Shown: positions 10,161 to 22,500 of the stretch, piece by piece
Layout: each line of letters starts with the position of its first letter
Numbering within the stretch: the first letter of the stretch is position 1
Made by a program: the position numbers and the translations under genes
Assembly (NCBI GenBank): GCA_963663275.1
Contig: OY760183.1
Coordinates: 768,001 to 832,000 of the forward strand
From: Chloroflexota bacterium
GTDB lineage: Bacteria; Chloroflexota; UBA11872; VXOZ01
Direction: 5' to 3'
DNA length: 64,000 nucleotides
The notes under the pieces: model-generated
What the model was told of the DNA's origin: nothing
What the model saw: only the letters and a program-made list of their open reading frames with translations
Databases searched by the model: none

Positions 10161-10332
10161 CTGACAGGGGTAGGCATTCCACATCCGACTTCACGTGTCA
10201 TTCCGAGCGGAGCGCAGCGGAGAGTCGCTAAGAGCGCGGAATCTAAGGCTTTCGCTGCAAAGACATCGGTTCTAGATTCCGCGAACCCTGTTCGACGCTC
10301 CGCTCGGAATGACACTTGCCTACCCCTGGCAG
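10161..10332. mobile_element. MITE, CTGACAGGGGTAGGCA family
   Basis: TIRs (15/16), internal GTCATTCCGAGCGGAGC palindrome, CCCGCGCGGG on both flanks. Confidence 0.7.
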
Positions 10333-10376
10333 TCCCGCGCGGGGGCGGAGAGCGGGAGCGGATCGGATTCCCCCGA

Positions 10377-10453
10377 TTTTCTCCAGTTTTCTCGAATTTT
10401 CTCTGATTTTCGCCCTCAAATCCCTTGCACTATCTTTTCCTGCATGATATTTT
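10377..10453 (+). promoter_or_regulatory. Phased T-tracts plus sigma70-like promoter of adhesin cassette 1
   Basis: TTTT at 10377, 10387, 10397, 10407; TTGCAC (10425-10430), 17 nt, TATTTT (10448-10453). Confidence 0.65.
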
Positions 10454-10571
10454 GTCTAGTGAAAATAGTTGGGCTGTGAAACTAATTCATGATGGTACGA
10501 AAGCACATTAGAGTGAACAGTATCCGATGCGCTACAGTACAGCGCAAGCAACAGATGGGCAACAAGATTAT

Positions 10572-10919
10572 ATCGCGCATGGCCGAGAGGATCGGGACAC
10601 CGCTCCCGCCTCTCGCCTTGCCGTCCTCCATCCCCGCACGGGCTGCTCCGTCCTCTGGCCAGGACGGAGCGCCAGTGTTTGGCGGTTGGAGAACGGACGC
10701 GGCATCGAGCATGAGCATAGGCAAGGAAGCAGCCGGCGCTAGCCAGCCGGCTACAGAGGTGAGTCCGCGAGGCCACTTGATGACGGAGCGGACGTAAGCA
10801 GGAATGGCGGAGCGTTGCCGCGGAAAAGGACGGCACGCTCGCAGGTAGCGCCGCCAGCGCGCGCCGGCCGGAGAGCGCGGCAAGCCGAAGCGAAGCAGCA
10901 GATTGCGAGAGGGCTTGCC
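10572..10919 (+). ncRNA. Candidate structured cis-regulatory leader RNA, copy 1
   Basis: Homologous to 19182-19518 and 28954-29289; about five stems retained across copies with G-U and compensatory changes. Confidence 0.6.
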
Positions 10920-10996
10920 AGCGGGATTGCGGTCGAGAGCGAACGCGGCGGTAGGGGATAGAGTTCGGTAGTAGCAGGACAGCTATGGAGCGTGTC

Positions 10997-13900
10997 ATGA
11001 GCGGGACGGTTTCGGTAGGACGGCAGAACGCGCGCAAGCGCAATATCGGATGGCTGGCCTTGGCGCTGGCCCTGTTCACGGTAAGTTTTCTCATTTCTCC
11101 CATTGCCTCCGCGCAGGCGGCGGGCGTAAGCGGTTGGGCGGAGTCCGAGTCCGTCCAGACGCGACCGGAAGCGACCCCCACACCTAAGCCGGTTCCAACG
11201 CCAACGCCTGAACCGACAGCCACACCGACGCCGGAACCGACGGCCACACCGACGCCGGAACCCACGGCCACACCGACGCCGGAACCCACGGCCACACCGA
11301 CGCCGGAACCGACAGCGATACCGACGCCTGAACCAACGGCCACGCCGACCCCGGAACCGACAGCGATACCGACGCCGGAACCGACGCCTGAACCCACGGC
11401 CACACCGACCCCTGAGCCCACCGCAACGCCGACCCCTGAGCCGACTCCGGAACCCAAGGCGACCCCGACGCCTGTGCCGGCGCCGCAAGCGCCAAACGGC
11501 GTGAAAGCCACCCGGGGCAGCGGGACGCTGACGGTCAGTTGGAGCGCCGTAGATGGCGCGACCGGCTACAACGTCAATTGGACGGACGATAACAGGACTA
11601 GCTGGAACCGCGGCGCGAGCGACGTGAGCGGCACGAGCGTGACGCTCAAGAACGTGGACGATAGCAAAGACTACTACGTCTCCGTGCAGGCGGTGAACGC
11701 CGGCGGCGCCAGCGGCTGGACGGATTCCAGCCTCATACCGGCCGACCAGCCCTCCATCCAACCGACCGCGACACCGGCCCCGGCGGACCTCAGCTTCAGC
11801 GTCAACGACATTGCCGACCAGGACTACACCAAGGACGTCGCCTTCGTTACGCTGAACCTGCCTGAGGCCAGCGGCGGCAGCGGCGCGCTCACCTACAGCC
11901 TCTCCGGGACGCTGCCCGCGGGACTGAGCTTCGACGCCTCGGCGCGCACCATCAGCGGCACGCCTACGGAGGCCAAGGGCACGGTTGCCCTGACGTACAC
12001 GGCTACCGACGGCACGGACACCGCTTCCATCATGTTCAACCTGCGGGAGGCCTCGGAATACGCCCAGGCGGCGGCAAACCAAGCGCCCCAAACGATAGCC
12101 ACCACCCACAATACCCATCACCGGATATCGCCCTCGAGTGACCCCCCAGGCAGTGACAACGAGTGCTACCACAACCACGGGGTGTCGTACCCATCCGGCG
12201 AGAATAGCTATTTCAGTGACCCGGACGGCGACACGCTTACCATCACGTCGACCAGCTCGCATCCCGGGCTGGCAGCCATCACGCAGAACACCCCGGTCAG
12301 GATTCGCGCCAACCACCCCGCCGACACCTGGATAACCATAACCACCACGGCAACGGACCCCGGCGGCCTCTCCGCGAACTTCACCTGGCAGTACAAGATG
12401 ACCTGCACCACCGCCCTGTCGGTGAACGAGAACTCCGCCGCCGGCACCGACGTGGGCTCGGTGGGCAGAAAAGGTAATGGTAACGCCGCGGCCAGCAGCT
12501 ATACCATCGAAGGGGATGCCGCCAACGCTTTCACCATTAACAGCAGCAGCGGCCTGATCGAGGTGAAGTCCGGGGCGAGCCTGGACTACGAGACCAAGAC
12601 CAGCTACAGCGGCACGGTCAAGTACAAGGCATCCAAAACAGTGGATGGCACCAGCCACACCAACGATTCTGCCCGCAGCGTGACAATCAACATCAACAAC
12701 GTGGGCCCGCCGTCCATGAACGCGCCCACGGTGGCAGCGGACTCCTCAAATCCGACCGTCCAGCTGCTTGTGTCCTGGACGGCCCCGACCTCTACCCACC
12801 CCAACGGCATCACCGGCTACAATATACAGCACAGGCTGACCGGGGCCAGCAGTTGGACGAGCCTGAGTTTCAGCGGCACGGGAACCAGCAAGGAACTGAA
12901 CTGGCGCACCGCCGGCAAAAGCTACGACGTGCAGGTGCGGGCCATCGACGGCGAGGGCACCGGCGCCTGGTCCGCCTCCGGCACCGGCACCACCCAGTAC
13001 ACCACGCAGACGCGCGACATCGCCGAGAACTCGGCGGCGAACACCAACGTGGGCGCGGCAGTGGATGCCGATTCCAACCCCAACGGCTACACCCTGAGCT
13101 ACGCGCTGAGCGGAACCGACGCCAGCAGTTTCAACATCAACTCGTCCACCGGGCAAATCACGGTGAAGTCGGGAACCAACCTGGACTACGAAACCAAGTC
13201 GTCTTACAGCGTCATCGTCACCATGACGGCCTCCGGGGGCAGCGGCACCGGCACCGGCAGCACCGGCCTCAGCCCCAACGGGACGGGCGATTACGTCATC
13301 CCGGTAACCATCGACGTAACCGACGTGAACGAAACGCCCCAGTTTCCGACTGGCCCGCTAACCCGCAGCATCGCCGAAAACTCGGCGGCGGGCACCAACA
13401 TCGGCACGGCGGTTACCGCCAGCGCCGGCCAGGCCGCGTTGACCTACTCGCTTACGGGAACCAACGCCAGCGACTTCGACATCGTATCAACCACCGGACA
13501 AATACAAGTCAAGTCGGCCCTGAACTACGAATCCAAGACCTCGTACACCGTGACGGTGAACGTAACCGACGGCAAGGACAGCATGAACGATGACGACAAC
13601 AGCATCGACGACACCGTCACCGTAACCATCAACGTGACGGACGTGAACGAGCCGCCGGCCAAGCCGGCCGCGCCGTCGGTGTCGGTGAACAGCACGACGC
13701 CGACCAGCAAGCTGGACGCGAGTTGGACGGCGCCGGACATGACCGGCAAGCCGGCGATAACCGACTACGACGTGCAGTACCGGCAGGTGGGCGCTACTAA
13801 CTGGACGGACGCTTCGTTCACGGGCACGGGCACGAGCACGACCCTGAGCAGCCTGACCGCGAGCAAGAGCTACGAGGTGCAGGTGCGGGCCACGAACGAC

Positions 13901-16900
13901 GAAGGGACGAGCGCCTGGTCGGATTCGGGCACGGCGATCACCGACGGCAGCGCGGTGACCCGCAGCATCGCGGAGAATTCGCCGGCGGGGACGGCCGTAG
14001 GGGCCGCGGTAACGGCGAGTTCCAACCCGAACAGCTACACCTTGACGCACAGTCTGAGCGGAACGGACGCCGGCAGCTTTACGATCGAGAGCGGGACCGG
14101 GCAGATAAAGGTGAAGACGGGCACGAACCTGGACTACGAGACGAAGAAGAGCTACAGCGTGACGGTGACGGTGAAGGCGGCGGTGGCGCAGACCCAAGGC
14201 GCAAGCGAGTCGTCGGTGGCGCCCAACAATCCCGGCAATTACGTGATACCGGTGACGATCAACGTGACCGACGTGAACGAAAAGCCGGAGTTTACCGACG
14301 ACACGGCCACGCGGAGCATCGCCGAGAATTCGGCGGTAGGGACGAACGTGGGCGCGGTAGTGACGGCGAGCGACGTGGACGGCGACACGCTGGAGTATTC
14401 GCTGACGGGCACCGACGCCGGGAAGTTCGACATTGGGTCGGGCACGGGCCAGATCACGGTGAAGACGGGCTACGTGCCCGACTACGAGGCAAAGACCTCG
14501 TACAGCGTGACGGTGAACGTGAGCGACAAGAAGAACGCGAGCGGCACGGCGGACACGGTAATCGACGATACGATTGCGGTGACGATCAACGTGACGGACG
14601 TGAACGAGCCGCCGGCCAAGCCGGCCGCGCCGACGGTGACGATCCATTCCACCTCGCCCACGTCGAAGCTGGACGTAAGCTGGACGGCGCCGGACATGAC
14701 CGGCAAGCCGGCCATCAGCGACTACGACGTGCAGTACCGGCAGGTGGGCGCTGCTAGCTGGACGGACGCCTCGCACAGCGGAACGGGCACGAGCCTGACG
14801 TTGAGCAGCCTGACGGCGGGCAAGACCTACGAGGTGCAGGTGCGCGCCACGAATGATGAAGGGACGAGCCCCTGGTCGGATTCGGGCACGGCGATTACCG
14901 ACGGGAACGCGGTGAGCCGCAGCATCGCCGAGAACTCGGCGGCGGGCACGGCGGTAGGCGCGGCGGTAACGGCGACGTCCAATCCGAACAACTACACCTT
15001 GACGCACACGATGAGTGGGACGGACGCCGGGAAGTTCAGCATCGATAGCGGGACGGGTCAGATCAGCGTGGGTACGGGTACGACTCTGGACTACGAGACG
15101 AAGACGAGTTACAGCGTGACGGTGACGGTAGCGGCGGCGAGTAGCGGCGGCGGCGCCCAGGGCGCGTCGGTGTCGCCGAACAATCCCGGCAACTACGTGA
15201 TACCGGTGACGATCAATGTGACGGACGTGAATGAAGGGCCGGAGTTTTCCGACGACACGGCCACGCGGAGCATCGCCGAGAACTCGGCGGTGGGGACGAA
15301 CGTGGGCGCGGTAGTGACGGCGACCGACCCTGAGGGCGATACGATTACCTATTCGCTGACGGGAACCGACGCGGCCAAGTTCAGCATCGATAGCGCGACG
15401 GGCCAGATCAGCGTGGGCACGGGCACGACGCTGGACTACGAGAGCAAGACCTCGTACAGCGTGACGGTGAACGCGACCGATAAGAAGAAGGCGGACGGCA
15501 CGGCGGACACGGCGATCGACGACACGATCGCGGTGACGATCAACGTAACGGACGTGAACGAACCGCCGGCCAAGCCGGCCGCGCCGAGGGTGGCGGTCAA
15601 CGCCGCCTCTCCGGAAACGAAGCTGGACGTGAGTTGGACGGCGCCGACGATGACCGGCAAGCCGGCCATAACCGACTACGATGTGCAGTACCGGAAGCAC
15701 GGTGACGCGAACTGGACGGACGCCTCGTTCACAGGCGCGGGCACGAGCACGACGCTGACGGGCTTGACGTCCGGCAAGAGCTATGAGGTGCAGGTGCGGG
15801 CCACGAATGATGAAGGGACGAGCCCCTGGTCGGATTCTGGCACGGCGATTACCGACGCGAACGCGGTGAGCCGCAGTGTGCCGGAGAACTCTGCGGCGGG
15901 CACGAACGTGGGCGCGGCGGTAACGGCGAGTTCCAACCCGAACGGCTATACCCTGACGCACAGTTTGAGCGGCACGGACGCCGGCAAGTTCACGATTGAG
16001 AGCGGCAGCGGCCAGATAAAGGTAAAGACGGGCACGAACCTGGACTACGAGACGAAGAATTCGTACAGCGTGATCGTGACGATAGCGGCGGCCTCGGGCG
16101 GCGGCGCCCAGGGCGCGTCGGTGACGCCGAACAATCCGGGTAACTACGTGATCCCGGTGACGATCAACGTGACGGACGTGAATGAAGCGCCGGAGTTTAC
16201 CGACGACACGGCCACGCGGAGCATCGCCGAGAACTCGGCGGTGGGTACGAACGTGGGGGCCGTGGTGACGGCGAGCGACGTGGACGGCGATACGCTGGAG
16301 TATTCGCTGACGGGAACCGACGCGGCTAAGTTCGACATTGGGTCGGGCACGGGCCAGATCACGGTGAAGACGGGCTACGTGCCCGACTATGAGGCGAAGA
16401 CCTCGTACAGCGTGACGGTGAACGTGAGCGATAAGAAGAATGCGAGCGGCACGGCGGACACGGTGATCGACGACACGATCGCGGTGACGATCAACGTCAC
16501 GGACGTGAACGAGCCGCCGGGCAAGCCGGCCGCGCCGACGGTGACCATCCATTCCACCTCGCCGGAAACCAAGCTGGACGTGAGTTGGACGGCGCCGGAC
16601 ATGACGGGCAAGCCGGCGATCAGCGACTACGACGTGCAGTATCGGCAGGTGGGCGCTGCTAACTGGACGGACGCCTGGCACAGCGGGACGGGCACGAGCC
16701 TGACGCTGAGCGGCCTGACCGCGGGCAAGACCTACGAGGTGCAGGTGCGGGCCACGAACGATGAGGGCGCCGGGCCCTGGTCGGATTCGGGCTCGGCCAT
16801 AACCGACGGGGACGCGATCACGCGCAACATCGCCGAGAATTCACCGGCGGGTACGGCGGTAGGGGCGGCGGTGACGGCCAGTTCCAATCCGAACAACTAT

Positions 16901-18433
16901 ACCTTGACGCACACGATGAGCGGCACGGACGCCGGCAAGTTCAGCATCGATAGCGGGACGGGTCAGATAAGCGTGGGTACAGGGACGGTGCTGGACTACG
17001 AGACCAAGAATTCGTACAGCGTAATCGTGACGGTCGCGGCGGCGCAGAGCCAGAGCCAAGGCGCCCAGGGCGCATCGGTGTCGCCGAACAATCCCGGTAG
17101 TTACGTGATACCGGTGACGATCAACGTGACGGACGTGAACGAAAAGCCGGAATTTACGGATGGGACGTCAACCACGCGCAGCATCGCCGAGAACTCGCCG
17201 GTAGGGACGAACGTGGGCGCGGCGGTGGCCGCTACGGACGTAGACGGCGACACGCTGACCTATTCGCTGGCGGGGACGGACGCGGACTCGTTTACAATCG
17301 TAGCGTCCACCGGCCAGATACAGGTGAAGGACGTTCCCGACTACGAGGCGAAGACCTCGTACAGCGTGACGGTAGGCGTGAGCGACGGCAAGGACTCTCA
17401 AGGCAACGCGGACACGGCGATCGACGCGACGATTGCGGTGACGATCAACGTGACGGACGTGGATGAGCCGCCGGACGCGCCGGACGCGCCGGCGGTGTCG
17501 GGGCACGACACGTCGCCGAGGAGGAAGCTGAACGTGAAGTGGAAAGCGCCGGACATGACGGGCAAGCCGCCGATCACCGACTACGACGTGCGGTACCGCA
17601 TAGAGAACTCCGGCACGTGGATGGACGCGTCGTTCAGCGGGACGGGCACGAGCACGACGCTGACCGGCCTGTCCGAGGACACCACGTATGAGGTGCAGGT
17701 GAAGGCCTGGAACGACGAGGGCGAGAGCGGATGGTCGACGATGGGCCGGGGCAGGACGGATCTGTATGTAGCGCCGAACGTGCAAGCAACGCCGACGCCG
17801 GTGCTAGACCCCTCGGCGCCGCACGTGCCGGGGCCGAATTCCCCCGTCGTCTTGGGCAAGAGCGCGTGCGCGACAGCCTATGACTTTGGGAAGACGATGC
17901 ACGTGGACCGGCACGACGGCGGAGCGGACCTGGACATCGAGATAGGCTCCATCTCGGCCGACGGCAGCAAGATTGTGGTGGCGGGCTTCATCCGGGACGG
18001 CGACCTGGGTCAGACCTATAGCGTGGTGCGCTACGAGGCCGACGGCCGCGTGGTGCGGGTGTGGGTGGATCCGGACGACCCGTTGATCCGTGAAATCCCC
18101 TGGGCAGAGGTGAACACGAAGTACACGGTGCCGGTCTGCGTGGTGGTGTCGATACCGCTGGACGACCAGTTCCCGGCTCTGGGGCAGATGGTGCGGCGCT
18201 TCGACGGCCAGGACGACCGCATCTTCCGCCACGTGGGCAACCTGGTGTGGCGTCACATACCGGACGAAGGCACGTTCCAGTCGCTGGGGTACTACTGGTG
18301 CAACGTGACGGCGGCCAATGCGGGCTACTTCAAGAATATCAACATTGGCGAGCCGCTCCCCAGCAGCGGGACGGCGCCGCAGGGCGACTACCCAAGTTGT
18401 TGGGTCTGGGGAGAGGAGCCTCGCTCCAGGTAA
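10997..18433 (+). CDS. Giant secreted surface protein 1: signal peptide, PT repeats, FN3, putative Ig, repeated cadherin-cadherin-FN3 units, conserved C-terminal domain
   Basis: Sec signal ending ASA-Q; cadherin motifs AENS, LDYE, VTDVNE; FN3 motifs VSWTAP, YDVQYR, YEVQVRA; GGAG SD 6 nt before ATG 10997 (ORF track starts at 10985). Confidence 0.88.
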   Translation: MSGTVSVGRQNARKRNIGWLALALALFTVSFLISPIASAQAAGVSGWAESESVQTRPEATPTPKPVPTPTPEPTATPTPEPTATPTPEPTATPTPEPTATPTPEPTAIPTPEPTATPTPEPTAIPTPEPTPEPTATPTPEPTATPTPEPTPEPKATPTPVPAPQAPNGVKATRGSGTLTVSWSAVDGATGYNVNWTDDNRTSWNRGASDVSGTSVTLKNVDDSKDYYVSVQAVNAGGASGWTDSSLIPADQPSIQPTATPAPADLSFSVNDIADQDYTKDVAFVTLNLPEASGGSGALTYSLSGTLPAGLSFDASARTISGTPTEAKGTVALTYTATDGTDTASIMFNLREASEYAQAAANQAPQTIATTHNTHHRISPSSDPPGSDNECYHNHGVSYPSGENSYFSDPDGDTLTITSTSSHPGLAAITQNTPVRIRANHPADTWITITTTATDPGGLSANFTWQYKMTCTTALSVNENSAAGTDVGSVGRKGNGNAAASSYTIEGDAANAFTINSSSGLIEVKSGASLDYETKTSYSGTVKYKASKTVDGTSHTNDSARSVTININNVGPPSMNAPTVAADSSNPTVQLLVSWTAPTSTHPNGITGYNIQHRLTGASSWTSLSFSGTGTSKELNWRTAGKSYDVQVRAIDGEGTGAWSASGTGTTQYTTQTRDIAENSAANTNVGAAVDADSNPNGYTLSYALSGTDASSFNINSSTGQITVKSGTNLDYETKSSYSVIVTMTASGGSGTGTGSTGLSPNGTGDYVIPVTIDVTDVNETPQFPTGPLTRSIAENSAAGTNIGTAVTASAGQAALTYSLTGTNASDFDIVSTTGQIQVKSALNYESKTSYTVTVNVTDGKDSMNDDDNSIDDTVTVTINVTDVNEPPAKPAAPSVSVNSTTPTSKLDASWTAPDMTGKPAITDYDVQYRQVGATNWTDASFTGTGTSTTLSSLTASKSYEVQVRATNDEGTSAWSDSGTAITDGSAVTRSIAENSPAGTAVGAAVTASSNPNSYTLTHSLSGTDAGSFTIESGTGQIKVKTGTNLDYETKKSYSVTVTVKAAVAQTQGASESSVAPNNPGNYVIPVTINVTDVNEKPEFTDDTATRSIAENSAVGTNVGAVVTASDVDGDTLEYSLTGTDAGKFDIGSGTGQITVKTGYVPDYEAKTSYSVTVNVSDKKNASGTADTVIDDTIAVTINVTDVNEPPAKPAAPTVTIHSTSPTSKLDVSWTAPDMTGKPAISDYDVQYRQVGAASWTDASHSGTGTSLTLSSLTAGKTYEVQVRATNDEGTSPWSDSGTAITDGNAVSRSIAENSAAGTAVGAAVTATSNPNNYTLTHTMSGTDAGKFSIDSGTGQISVGTGTTLDYETKTSYSVTVTVAAASSGGGAQGASVSPNNPGNYVIPVTINVTDVNEGPEFSDDTATRSIAENSAVGTNVGAVVTATDPEGDTITYSLTGTDAAKFSIDSATGQISVGTGTTLDYESKTSYSVTVNATDKKKADGTADTAIDDTIAVTINVTDVNEPPAKPAAPRVAVNAASPETKLDVSWTAPTMTGKPAITDYDVQYRKHGDANWTDASFTGAGTSTTLTGLTSGKSYEVQVRATNDEGTSPWSDSGTAITDANAVSRSVPENSAAGTNVGAAVTASSNPNGYTLTHSLSGTDAGKFTIESGSGQIKVKTGTNLDYETKNSYSVIVTIAAASGGGAQGASVTPNNPGNYVIPVTINVTDVNEAPEFTDDTATRSIAENSAVGTNVGAVVTASDVDGDTLEYSLTGTDAAKFDIGSGTGQITVKTGYVPDYEAKTSYSVTVNVSDKKNASGTADTVIDDTIAVTINVTDVNEPPGKPAAPTVTIHSTSPETKLDVSWTAPDMTGKPAISDYDVQYRQVGAANWTDAWHSGTGTSLTLSGLTAGKTYEVQVRATNDEGAGPWSDSGSAITDGDAITRNIAENSPAGTAVGAAVTASSNPNNYTLTHTMSGTDAGKFSIDSGTGQISVGTGTVLDYETKNSYSVIVTVAAAQSQSQGAQGASVSPNNPGSYVIPVTINVTDVNEKPEFTDGTSTTRSIAENSPVGTNVGAAVAATDVDGDTLTYSLAGTDADSFTIVASTGQIQVKDVPDYEAKTSYSVTVGVSDGKDSQGNADTAIDATIAVTINVTDVDEPPDAPDAPAVSGHDTSPRRKLNVKWKAPDMTGKPPITDYDVRYRIENSGTWMDASFSGTGTSTTLTGLSEDTTYEVQVKAWNDEGESGWSTMGRGRTDLYVAPNVQATPTPVLDPSAPHVPGPNSPVVLGKSACATAYDFGKTMHVDRHDGGADLDIEIGSISADGSKIVVAGFIRDGDLGQTYSVVRYEADGRVVRVWVDPDDPLIREIPWAEVNTKYTVPVCVVVSIPLDDQFPALGQMVRRFDGQDDRIFRHVGNLVWRHIPDEGTFQSLGYYWCNVTAANAGYFKNINIGEPLPSSGTAPQGDYPSCWVWGEEPRSR
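11164..11478 (+). repeat. PTATPTPE coding tandem repeat (mostly 24-bp units)
   Basis: About a dozen imperfect PEPTATPT units. Confidence 0.85.
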
Positions 18434-18513
18434 CGCCGGGCCGCCGGACGTAGGGTGACGGCGTCCGCACAGAAGAAGAGGTTGGCCGACGGCGTACGTA
18501 GAGAAGAAGCGAT

Positions 18514-18555
18514 GAGGCCGTCCCGCGGAGACACATCCGCGGGACGGCCTCTCTT
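18514..18555 (+). terminator. Terminator-like hairpin after adhesin 1
   Basis: GAGGCCGTCCCGCGGA / TCCGCGGGACGGCCTC 16-bp stem followed by TCTT; homolog after gene 2. Confidence 0.65.
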
Positions 18556-18688
18556 CGCGTGCCGCACTCCCCCCCCCCCCCCCATGCCGCCGCGCCCCTG
18601 AACCCCCTCGCGTAATCTCCCCCTCACCCTAACCCTCTCCCCCAGGGAGAGGGGACAGGAGGCGCTCCTTTAACTCCCTCTCCCCCAG

Positions 18689-18834
18689 CTGACAGGGGTA
18701 GGCAAGTGTCATTCCGAGCGGAGCGAGGAATCTAGGACCGACGTTTTTGCAGCGAAAGCCTTAGATTCCTCTCTCCGCTGCGCTCCGCTCGGAATGACAC
18801 GTGAAGTCGGATGTAGAATGCCTACCCCTGTCAG
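18689..18834. mobile_element. MITE, CTGACAGGGGTAGGCA family, inserted in a REP cluster
   Basis: Perfect 16-bp TIRs; flanking direct repeat CTCTCCCCCAG. Confidence 0.75.
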
Positions 18835-18977
18835 CTCTCCCCCAGGGAGAGGGGACAGGAGGCACTCCTTTTACTCCCTCTCCCCCAGGGAGAGGGGACA
18901 GGAGGCGCTCCTTTTACTCCCTCTCCCCCAGGGAGAGGGCCGGGGTGAGGGGGGCGCGCAGGGTGGGATATACCCAA

Positions 18978-19063
18978 TTTTCTCGGTTTTTCCAGGTTTT
19001 CTCGGATTTTCTCCCATTTTCTTGCCAAAACCGCTTGCACTGCTTTTGTGCGTTGTGTATTAT
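18978..19063 (+). promoter_or_regulatory. Phased T-tracts plus sigma70-like promoter of adhesin cassette 2
   Basis: Five T-tracts at ~10-bp period ending at 19020; TTGCAC (19035-19040), 17 nt, TATTAT (19058-19063). Confidence 0.7.
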
Positions 19064-19181
19064 CTGTGTATGTCATTAGATGCAAACGCAACTGATGAAG
19101 GACGGTAGGACAGCACATAGTATGAACCAGTATCCTGTTGCGCTCACTGTGTGTGAAAAGGCACAGGAACAAGCGGACTGT

Positions 19182-19518
19182 ATCGCGCATGGCCGAGAGG
19201 TTCGGGGGACGCCCCCGCCTTTCGCCGTGCCGTCCTCCATCCCCGCACAGGCTGCTCCGTCCTCGACCCAGGGCGGAGCGCCGGTGTTTACCGGATGGAG
19301 CGCAGCCGCCAAGCGGGTCACTAGTAGTGTAGCAGGCGCTAGCCGGCCGGCTACAGCGGAGGCAAGCAGAAAAATGGAGGAAGCAGCCAAGTAGGTCTTA
19401 GCCTGAGTGGAGCCGGCGCGGGACGCCAGCACGCTTACAGGCAACGCCGCCAGCGCGCGCCGACCGGCAACGCGGCAAGCCGGAGAGAGTAGCCAGAGTT
19501 TTGACGGAGAGGGTTTGC
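19182..19518 (+). ncRNA. Candidate structured cis-regulatory leader RNA, copy 2
   Basis: Same conserved blocks and stems as copies 1 and 3. Confidence 0.6.
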
Positions 19519-19596
19519 GGCAGGGTTGCGGTCGGGAACGGGCGCTGCGGTCAGGGGACAGAGTTCGGTGACGGCAGGAAAGCTTTGGAGCGTGTC

Positions 19597-22500
19597 ATGA
19601 GCGGGACGGTTTCTCGTTACTCGTTAGCACGGCAGAACGCGCGGAAGCGCAGTATCGGGTGGCTGGCCTTGGCGCTGGCCCTGTTCGCGGTAAGTTTCCT
19701 CATTTCCCCCATCGCCTCCGCGCAGGCGGCGAGCGTCAGCGGTTGGGCGGAGTCCGAGTCCGTCCAGGCGCAATCGGATCCGACCCCCACGCCCGAACCC
19801 ACCGCAACCCCGACCCCGGCGCCCCTCGCCTTCAACGTCACCGGCATTAGCGACCAGCAGTACATGAAGGGCGTTTCCTTCGGTACGTTGAACTTGCCGG
19901 CGGCCACCGGCGGCAGCGGTTCGCTCACCTACAGCCTGTCCGGCACGCTGCCCGCGGGCCTGACTTTCAGCGCCTCGGCGCGCACCATCAGCGGCACGCC
20001 CACGGAGTCCAGGGGCACAGTCTCCCTGGCGTACGCGGCTACCGACGGCACGGACACCGCTTTCATCAGGTTCAGCCTGCTGGAGGCGATGGAACAAAAG
20101 ACCCCCACCCCGGTTCCGGTCCCGCCAGCGCCCGGCGGCGTCAGCGCGATCCGCGGCACTGGCACGTTGACCGTCAGTTGGAACGCCGCCGCGGGCGCGA
20201 CCGGCTACAACGTTAATTGGACGGACGATCACAAGTCCAGTTGGAAGCGCGGCGCCAGCAACGAGAGTGGCACGAGCGTAACGCTCAGCGACATCGACGA
20301 CAGCAAAGACTACTATGTGGCCGTGCAGGCCGTGAACGGCAGCGGCGCCAGCGGCTGGACGGACTCCGGCCTCATCAAGGCCGCGCCGCAACCCACGCCC
20401 ACGCCGAAGCCGGTGCCGACGGCGACCCCCACACCGGTTCCGGCCCCGCCAGCGCCCAGCGGCGTCAGCGCCAGCCGCGGCGTCGGCACGCTCAACGTCA
20501 GTTGGAACGCGGCGGCCGGCGCGACCGGCTACAACGTCAATTGGACGGACGACGGCAAGGCCAGTTGGAACCGCGGCGCGAGCAACGTCAGCGGCACGAG
20601 CGTGACGCTCAACAACATCGACGCCACCAAAGACTACTACGTCTCCGTGCAGGCGGTGAACGCCGGCGGCGCCAGCGGCTGGACGGATTCCAGCCTCATA
20701 ACGGCCGGGCAGCCCTCGCTCCAAGCGACCCCGACCCCGGCGGACCTCAGCTTCAGCGTCAACGACATTGCCGACCGGAACTACACCAGCGGCGTCGCCT
20801 TCGGTACGTTGAACCTGCCTGAGGCCACCGGCGGCAGCGGTTCGCTCACCTACAGCCTCTCCGGGACGCTGCCCGCGGGCCTCAGCTTCGATTCGTCGGC
20901 GCGCACCATCAGCGGCACGCCCACGGAAGGCAAGGGCACGGTCGCCCTGACGTACCAGGTTACCGACGGCACGGACACCGCTTCCATCAAGTTCAACCTG
21001 CTGGAGGCCCAGGAAGAAGCCCGGGCGCAGAACAACCAAGCGCCCGAAACGATAGCCAGCACCCACGATACCCATCACCAGATAAACCCCTCGAGCGACC
21101 CCCCAGGCGGTGACAACCAGTGCTACCACAACCACGGGGTGTCGTACCCATCCGGCGAGAGTAGCTATTTCAGTGACCCGGACGGCGACACGCTTACCAT
21201 CACGTCGACCAGCTCGCATCCCGCGCTGGCAGCCATCACGCAGGTCACCCCGGTCAGGATTCGCGCCAACCATCCCGCCGACACCTGGGTGACCATAACC
21301 ACCACGGCAACGGACCCCGGCGGCCTCTCCGCGAACTTCACCTGGAAGTACAAGATGACCTGCACCACCGCCCTGTCGGTGAACGAGAACAGCGCCGCCG
21401 GCACCGACGTGGGCTCGGTGGGCAGAAAAGGGAATTCTAACGCCGCGGCCAGCCAATATACCATCGAAGGGGACGCCGCCAACGCTTTCACCATTAACAG
21501 CAGCAGCGGCCTGATCGAGGTGAAGTCCGGGGCCAGCCTGGACTACGAGACCAAGAGCAGCTACAGCGGCACGGTCAAGTACAAGGCATCCAAGACAGTG
21601 GATGGCACCAGCTACACCAACGATTCTGCCCGCAGCGTGACAATCAACATCAATAACGTAGGCGGGCCTTCGGCGAACACGCCCACGGTGACCCGGGACG
21701 CCACCACGCCGACCACCAAGCTGGACGTGTCCTGGACTGCATCGACGTCCACGCACGCCAACGGCGTCACCGACTACGACGTGCAATACCGGCTGACCGG
21801 GGCCAGCAGTTGGACCAGCAAGTCCCACACCGGAACGACCACCAGCACGGAGCTTACGGGCCTCACCGCGGGCAAGAGCTACGAGGTGCAGGTGCGGGCC
21901 ACCGACGGCGAAGGCACCGGCTCCTGGTCATCCTCCGGCACGGCCATCACCCAATACACCACGCAGACCCGCAGCATCGCCGAAAACTCGACCGGCAATG
22001 TTGGCGCGGCGGTGGACGCCGATTCCAACCCCAAAGGCTACACCCTGTCCTACTCCCTGGGCGGAACCGACGCCAGCAGCTTCGACATCAGCTCCTCCAC
22101 CGGCCAAATCACGGTGGCAACGGGAACCACGCTGGACTACGAAACCAAGAAGTCCTACAGCGTCACCGTGACCATGGCGGTGTCCGGAACGACCAGTGTC
22201 ACCGGCACCGGCAACACCGGCCTCAGCCCCAACGGGACGGGCAACTACCTCATCCCGGTGACCATCAACATAACCGACGTGAACGAAACGCCCCAGTTCC
22301 CGAAGGACACGGACACCCGCAGCATCGCCGAAAACTCGGCGGCGGGCACCAACATCGGCGCGGCGGTTACCGCCAGCGCCGGCCAGGCCGCGTTGACCTA
22401 CTCGCTTACGGGAACCAACGCCAGCGACTTCGACATCGTATCAACCAGCGGACAAATACGAGTCAAGTCGGCCCTGAACTACGAATCCAAGACCTCGTAC

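Noticed and set aside
10831-10890. Leader as a cobalamin or glycine riboswitch (AAGCCAGAGACC and CTCnCAGG look-alikes)
   Set aside because: Only short fragments match; the core consensus elements of these riboswitches are missing and AAGCCAGAGACC occurs in one copy only
18569-18583. C15 homopolymer as a phase-variation switch
   Set aside because: It lies after the terminator hairpin, ~450 nt from the next promoter and outside any CDS
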